Assembly: GCA_036011785.1 (NCBI GenBank)
Contig: DASCOB010000034.1
Span: forward strand, 1 to 42,402
Direction: 5' to 3'
Origin: Anaerolineales bacterium
GTDB taxonomy: Bacteria > Chloroflexota > Anaerolineae > Anaerolineales > UBA11657
Length of the DNA: 42,402 nucleotides
Shown: in pieces, positions 38,084 through 42,402 of the stretch
How the letters are laid out: each line of letters begins with the position of its first letter
Numbering within the stretch: position 1 is the first letter of the stretch
Translations under genes and position numbers: made by a program
The notes under the pieces: model-generated
The model's database searches: none
Told to the model about the DNA's origin: nothing
What the model saw: only the letters and a program-made list of their open reading frames with translations

Positions 38084-39286
38084 GTGCGGTTACTAAAAGA
38101 CGCGTATTTCATCGCCGTTGCGTTAAACCACATGGCAGTTGACATGCTCAACAGCCAGAAGGCAATATTGATGGTCTTTCTGGCGCCCTCGCTGGGGCTG
38201 AGCAACGCCGATATCGGACTGGTGGCGCTCATTTATTCCTTTTTTGGCTCGCTAACGCAGCCCTTGTTTGGCTTGCTGGCGGACCGATTCAAGACGCCAT
38301 GGCTTAGCGGCGGGTCGCTGCTGTGGATGGCCGGCTGGTTTGCTGTGGCGATTTCAACTCCGGGGCGTTGGACGATTCTGGCGCTGATTATTGGGGCGCT
38401 GGGCTCAGCCGCATTCCATTCTGCCGGCACTGAGCGCGCCACTACGCGGGGCGAAACGCTGATGGCCGGGCGGACTGCGTCCGCGGCGTCGCTGTTTTTT
38501 CTTTTTGGGCAGGTGGGACTTTCCGTCGGACCAGCATTGGGTGGGGTCTTGATGCAGGAATTGGGCGCACGCGGCGTACTTGTGTTGACCGCCGTGGCTG
38601 TGCCGGTGGCGATGAATTCACTCTACAGGTTGTATTGGACCGCAAGATTCGCACGCCCGGAATCCGATTCGTCGACTCCTGAAATTGCTGATGCACCCAG
38701 TGGCTTTCGCACAGGCAAATGGGTGCTGGTGGCGTTCGCGCTGCTGGTGCTGTTTCGCACGATCCCACAACTTACCTCGATAACCTTCCTGCCTAAACTC
38801 TTTCAGGACCGTGGGTATTCCCCTGCAGCCTATGGTTTGATTGCATCGTTCTTTATGGCCGGTGCAGCGCTGGGCGGGGTGGCCGGCGGATTCCTTGCTG
38901 ACCGTTGGGGTCGGCGGCGCGCCATATTGTGGACTTTGCTTGCCGCGGCGGCGCCGATGCATCTCTACCCGGTGGAGGGAGGGCTGAGCCTGTATCCGTT
39001 GGTTTTGCTTGCAGGTGCTTTCAGTGGCGCTTCCCATTCGGTGATAGTGGTGCTGGCACAGGCGCTACTTCCGCGTCGGCGCGCGCTGGCATCCGGTCTG
39101 ACTCTTGGGTTTATGTTCGCCAGCGGGGCCTTCGGGTCGTATATTTATGGATTGGCGGCGGACGTCTATCCGCTGGCTGCGGTGATGCAAACGAACGGCG
39201 TGCTTTGCCTACTGGCGGCGCTCCTCAGCCTGACTCTACGGCGCGATTCGGCTCCGGGGCGGACTGCCGCTGCCGAGGTTGGTTGA
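38084..39286 (+). CDS. MFS transporter (Fsr-like)
   Basis: About 12 TMs, NHMAVD, QPLFGLLADRF, GSAAFH and GGFLADRWGRR. Confidence 0.9.
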   Translation: MRLLKDAYFIAVALNHMAVDMLNSQKAILMVFLAPSLGLSNADIGLVALIYSFFGSLTQPLFGLLADRFKTPWLSGGSLLWMAGWFAVAISTPGRWTILALIIGALGSAAFHSAGTERATTRGETLMAGRTASAASLFFLFGQVGLSVGPALGGVLMQELGARGVLVLTAVAVPVAMNSLYRLYWTARFARPESDSSTPEIADAPSGFRTGKWVLVAFALLVLFRTIPQLTSITFLPKLFQDRGYSPAAYGLIASFFMAGAALGGVAGGFLADRWGRRRAILWTLLAAAAPMHLYPVEGGLSLYPLVLLAGAFSGASHSVIVVLAQALLPRRRALASGLTLGFMFASGAFGSYIYGLAADVYPLAAVMQTNGVLCLLAALLSLTLRRDSAPGRTAAAEVG

Positions 39287-39302
39287 TGTCTCTACGCGAG
39301 AA

Positions 39303-39330
39303 TTGTGCATATCGGGAAAGACTATATAAT
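39303..39330 (+). promoter_or_regulatory. Putative sigma70 promoter for the aap operon
   Basis: TTGTGC (39303-08), 16 bp, TATAAT (39325-30). Confidence 0.45.
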
Positions 39331-39542
39331 AAAGGGACGTATTTGATCACATGATTCACGCATGCCCGGTTACGATGTCCGGTCGTGCGCCTGGAGGCGA
39401 TAACCATCTAGGAGGTGAACGACAAAAAAATATGACAGCGGTCGTACCACGGAGTGCTGGGGATAAATGCAGAAAGTAGCAAGCTGTACGTTAGTTCTCA
39501 GCAAGAGTTTCACGAAAACACAGGAAAATACAGGAGGTAAAA

Positions 39543-40655
39543 ATGTCTCGTAAGATTTATGTTGTATTCTCTCTGACGATGGTGCTTGGGTTGCTGCTGG
39601 CAGCTTGCGCTCCGGAGACGGTTGAGGTGGTGAAGGAAGTGCCGGTCGAGGTGACCCGCATCGTGGAAGTGGAAGTGGAAGCTGCCGGCCCCGCTAGTGG
39701 CTATGGTGCGACGCTGGCCGCCATCCAAGATCGCGGCTACCTGATCTGCGGTGGCGCTTATGCCGTGCCGGGTTTCGGTTATATTCAGGAAGACGGCTCA
39801 CATGTGGGCTTTGACATCGATATCTGCCGTGCTATCACGGCTGCGATCTTTGGCGATCCTGACGCAATTGAATACAGCGACCAGAGTTCCAAAACGCGCT
39901 TTACCGCGCTGGCGAATGGAGAGTTGGACTTGCTCAGCCGCACAACGACGTGGACTCTCACTCGCGATACCGAGCTGGCCGCAAACTTCACTCACACTAC
40001 GTTCTATGATGGGCAGGGCATGATGGTGCGCAAGGCGTCCGGATTTACAGAGCTTGAAGAACTGGACGGTGGCTCCGTTTGTGTGACAACTGGAACCACG
40101 ACTGAGCTCAATCTTGCCGATCAGTTCGCCTCGCGTGGCCTGGAATACGAACCAATCCTGTTCGAGGAGGCCGACGACACCTGGGGCGCCTACGAGGAAG
40201 GTCGTTGCGACGCGGTGACCACCGATAAATCCGGCTTGGCCGCCCGCCGCACGCTCCTAGCGGTTCCGGACGACCACTATGTCATGGCGGTGACGATGTC
40301 CAAAGAGCCGCTTGGTCCGGTGGTGCGCCACGGTGATGACCAGTGGTACGACATCGTGGACTGGGTGGTGTACGCGCTGATCTTCGCAGAAGAGCAGGGC
40401 ATCACTTCCGGAAACATCGATACGTTCAAGGGTTCTGGGAACCCCAACATCGCCAAGATGCTGGGCGAAGAAGGTGAGATGGGTGCCAAACTGGGCCTGT
40501 CCAACGACTGGGCTTACAATGCCATTAAGTTGGTTGGCAACTATGGCGAAATCTACGGCCGCCATCTGGGCCCGGACACACCCGTCTTCATCCCGCGTGG
40601 CATGAACGAGCTCTACGCGAATGGCGGATTGATGTACTCTCCGCCTATCCGCTAA
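39543..40655 (+). CDS. aapJ: General L-amino acid ABC transporter substrate-binding lipoprotein (AapJ/BztA)
   Basis: Lipobox LAAC, GFDIDICRA, RFTAL, RTTTWTLTRD, FYDGQG, GTTTELN, SKEPLGP and VGNYGEIY. RBS AGGAGG. Confidence 0.92.
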   Translation: MSRKIYVVFSLTMVLGLLLAACAPETVEVVKEVPVEVTRIVEVEVEAAGPASGYGATLAAIQDRGYLICGGAYAVPGFGYIQEDGSHVGFDIDICRAITAAIFGDPDAIEYSDQSSKTRFTALANGELDLLSRTTTWTLTRDTELAANFTHTTFYDGQGMMVRKASGFTELEELDGGSVCVTTGTTTELNLADQFASRGLEYEPILFEEADDTWGAYEEGRCDAVTTDKSGLAARRTLLAVPDDHYVMAVTMSKEPLGPVVRHGDDQWYDIVDWVVYALIFAEEQGITSGNIDTFKGSGNPNIAKMLGEEGEMGAKLGLSNDWAYNAIKLVGNYGEIYGRHLGPDTPVFIPRGMNELYANGGLMYSPPIR

Positions 40656-40719
40656 AAGTTTGATGGCACGGTTCGTCAGGGGAGCTTAACTTTCCTGGCT
40701 TCCTAAGTGGGTAAACATG

Positions 40720-40767
40720 GGCTGGCCGGGGAAAGGCGCTGTGCGCGCCCCGGTCAGCCTTGTATGT
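40720..40767 (+). terminator. Intergenic stem-loop after aapJ (partial terminator or mRNA stabiliser)
   Basis: 12-bp stem ggctggccgggg / ccccggtcagcc followed by ttgtatgt. A second small hairpin lies at 40675-40699. Confidence 0.5.
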
Positions 40768-40790
40768 GACGCAAGGCCAGACAAAACTTC

Positions 40791-41984
40791 TTGCTGAATC
40801 CGCCGTTATCTTCGCAGGCGACTCCTTTCTGGCGCGATGAGCGCGTACGTCAGGTGTTCGCGCAAATCGCCACCGTACTCATCTTCTTGCTCATAGCGGG
40901 CTGGTTGGTCAGCAACATGCTGCAGGCGCTTGAGCGTCTTGGGCTGATGCCCTCGCTCTCATTCATGGACTTGACTTCTCAATTCGATATCGGTCAGCCC
41001 AAAGGCATGCACGGCCGCGACGACCCGTATTGGAACGCTTTCCGCACGGGCCTTTATAACACGGCTCAGGTGAGCCTCTTCGGCATTGTCCTGGCGACCA
41101 TCTGGGGCACCGTACTCGGTATCGCCGGCCTCTCCTCCAACCTGTTGGTGGCCCGGATATCACGCTATTACATAGACCTGCTGCGCGGAATCCCGCTTCT
41201 AATTCTGATGATCTTTGTGCACAAGGGTATTTTCATCAAGTTCCCGGGTATTAATGATGCCATGATGCTGGGGGATTCGACTTTCATCACTAACCGCGGT
41301 ATTTACTTTGTGGGGGGAACTCCCACGGAGAGCACGGATGATTATCTCCGCATTCTGTTGATCGCCGTACTGGCAGCCGCGTTGCTGGCCGCACTGCTGA
41401 TTCGGCGTGGAAAACAGACCGGGCGCCCGCCGATGACGACGCTGTGGACGCTGGTCGTCTTTTTTGCAATTTCGGCAGTCGGCTGGCTGCTGTTGTCAAA
41501 CCAGTCAAACCCGCCCTGGCTGCCCGATCTCCCCTACGTAAAAGGGTTGAACATCAAGGGAGGCATTCGCCTCACCCCGGAATTTTCGGCTGTGCTCTTC
41601 AGCCTGGTGATTTACACGGCTAGTTTCGTCGCCGAGACGGTGCGGGCCGGCATCATGTCGGTTTCCAAAGGGCAGCGTGAGGCCGCGCGCTCGCTGGGCT
41701 TGAGCGGGCTTGACACGCTGCGGTTGGTGATCATGCCCCAGGCTATGCGCGTGATCGTGCCTCCCCTGACCAGCATTTGGTTGAGCCTTACCAAGAACTC
41801 CTCGCTTGCGCTCGCTGTGGGCTATCCGGATTTGGTGGCGGTGGCCGGCACGATTCAGATGCAGAGCGGCCGCGCGGTGGAGGTGTGGACCGGATTGGTG
41901 ATGGTCACATATGTCTCGCTCAGTCTGCTCACCTCGCTCTTCGGCAACTGGTACAACCGCAAAATGGCCATAGTGGAGCGCTGA
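40791..41984 (+). CDS. aapQ: Amino acid ABC transporter permease (AapQ/BztB)
   Basis: FWRDERVR, GLYNT, RGIPLL, LTPEF, YTASFVAETVRAGI, KGQREAARSLGL and KNSSLA. Confidence 0.9.
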   Translation: MLNPPLSSQATPFWRDERVRQVFAQIATVLIFLLIAGWLVSNMLQALERLGLMPSLSFMDLTSQFDIGQPKGMHGRDDPYWNAFRTGLYNTAQVSLFGIVLATIWGTVLGIAGLSSNLLVARISRYYIDLLRGIPLLILMIFVHKGIFIKFPGINDAMMLGDSTFITNRGIYFVGGTPTESTDDYLRILLIAVLAAALLAALLIRRGKQTGRPPMTTLWTLVVFFAISAVGWLLLSNQSNPPWLPDLPYVKGLNIKGGIRLTPEFSAVLFSLVIYTASFVAETVRAGIMSVSKGQREAARSLGLSGLDTLRLVIMPQAMRVIVPPLTSIWLSLTKNSSLALAVGYPDLVAVAGTIQMQSGRAVEVWTGLVMVTYVSLSLLTSLFGNWYNRKMAIVER

Positions 41985-41986
41985 CG

Positions 41987-42402
41987 ATGGCAGTGATGGC
42001 CGGGGAACATAAAAGACGCGATGTGCTTCCGCCGCCGGTGGAGCGCTACACCGTGCTGGGTTGGTTGTACAAAAACCTGTTCAGCAGCTGGTACAACATC
42101 CTGCTGACCGGGTTGTCGCTTGGGATAATCTATATCGTGTTGAAACCGACGCTTGTGTGGGCCTTCACAAAGGCACGCTGGGTTTCGGTGGCGTTGAACA
42201 TGGCCAACCTTTTCGTGGGGGTCTATCCGCGCGAAGAGCTCTGGCGCGTCTGGTGGGCCGTGTATGTGCTCGTGGCGCTCATCGGATTGAGTTGGGGAGC
42301 ACATTTCCGAAATCACTGGCGCGGAGTGGTTTTCTTCTCTGCGCTGACGTTGCTGGGCGCTCTTCCGATAGAGCTTAGTGTCATGGACATGCAGCGCGAA
42401 TC
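41987..42402 (+). CDS. aapM: Amino acid ABC transporter permease (AapM/BztC), runs off the right edge
   Basis: Manual translation: MAVMAGEH...PPP...GWLYKNLFSSWYNILLT...W...GVYPREELWRV. Confidence 0.85.
   Translation, partial: MAVMAGEHKRRDVLPPPVERYTVLGWLYKNLFSSWYNILLTGLSLGIIYIVLKPTLVWAFTKARWVSVALNMANLFVGVYPREELWRVWWAVYVLVALIGLSWGAHFRNHWRGVVFFSALTLLGALPIELSVMDMQRE

Noticed and set aside
39615-39682. Val/Glu-rich low-complexity stretch in aapJ as a repeat element
   Set aside because: A coding linker after the lipobox, common in lipoproteins of this lineage.

Overview
GC-rich bacterial chromosome segment, most likely from a Chloroflexota/Anaerolineae-type organism. This is inferred from protein style: a VEVVKEVPVEVTRIVE lipoprotein linker, an LCP+LytR_C protein and a 7TM-HTH regulator. 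Most genes are housekeeping: fabI, mpg, a galE-like epimerase, LMW-PTP plus fructosamine kinase, LCP, ftcd, punA, a GNAT, ftsK, an FprA-like reductase, yebC-ruvC-ruvA-proC, a sigma70-family factor, atpAGDC-mreB, rex, obgE, an MFS transporter and aapJQM. Two parallel polyprenol-linked glycosylation cassettes stand out; each has sugar-tailoring enzymes, a DPM1-like GT2 and a GT-C membrane transferase. The first is an AT-rich island (~5.5-10.6 kb) with an NDP-sugar C-methyltransferase. It is bracketed by gene debris not evident from the ORF track (VOC, a diverged ftcd 3' copy, GT4, hutI). The second (32.1-36.5 kb) has host-like composition and a DegT/perosamine-type aminotransferase. Also notable are a Rex-like operator over the -35 of an F1-only atp operon, a ~50-aa insertion in AtpA, a kinase-less 7TM-HTH regulator and many extended -10 promoters. 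No rRNA, tRNA, CRISPR array, integrase or transposase was recognised. All calls come from manual motif reading; no database searches were run.
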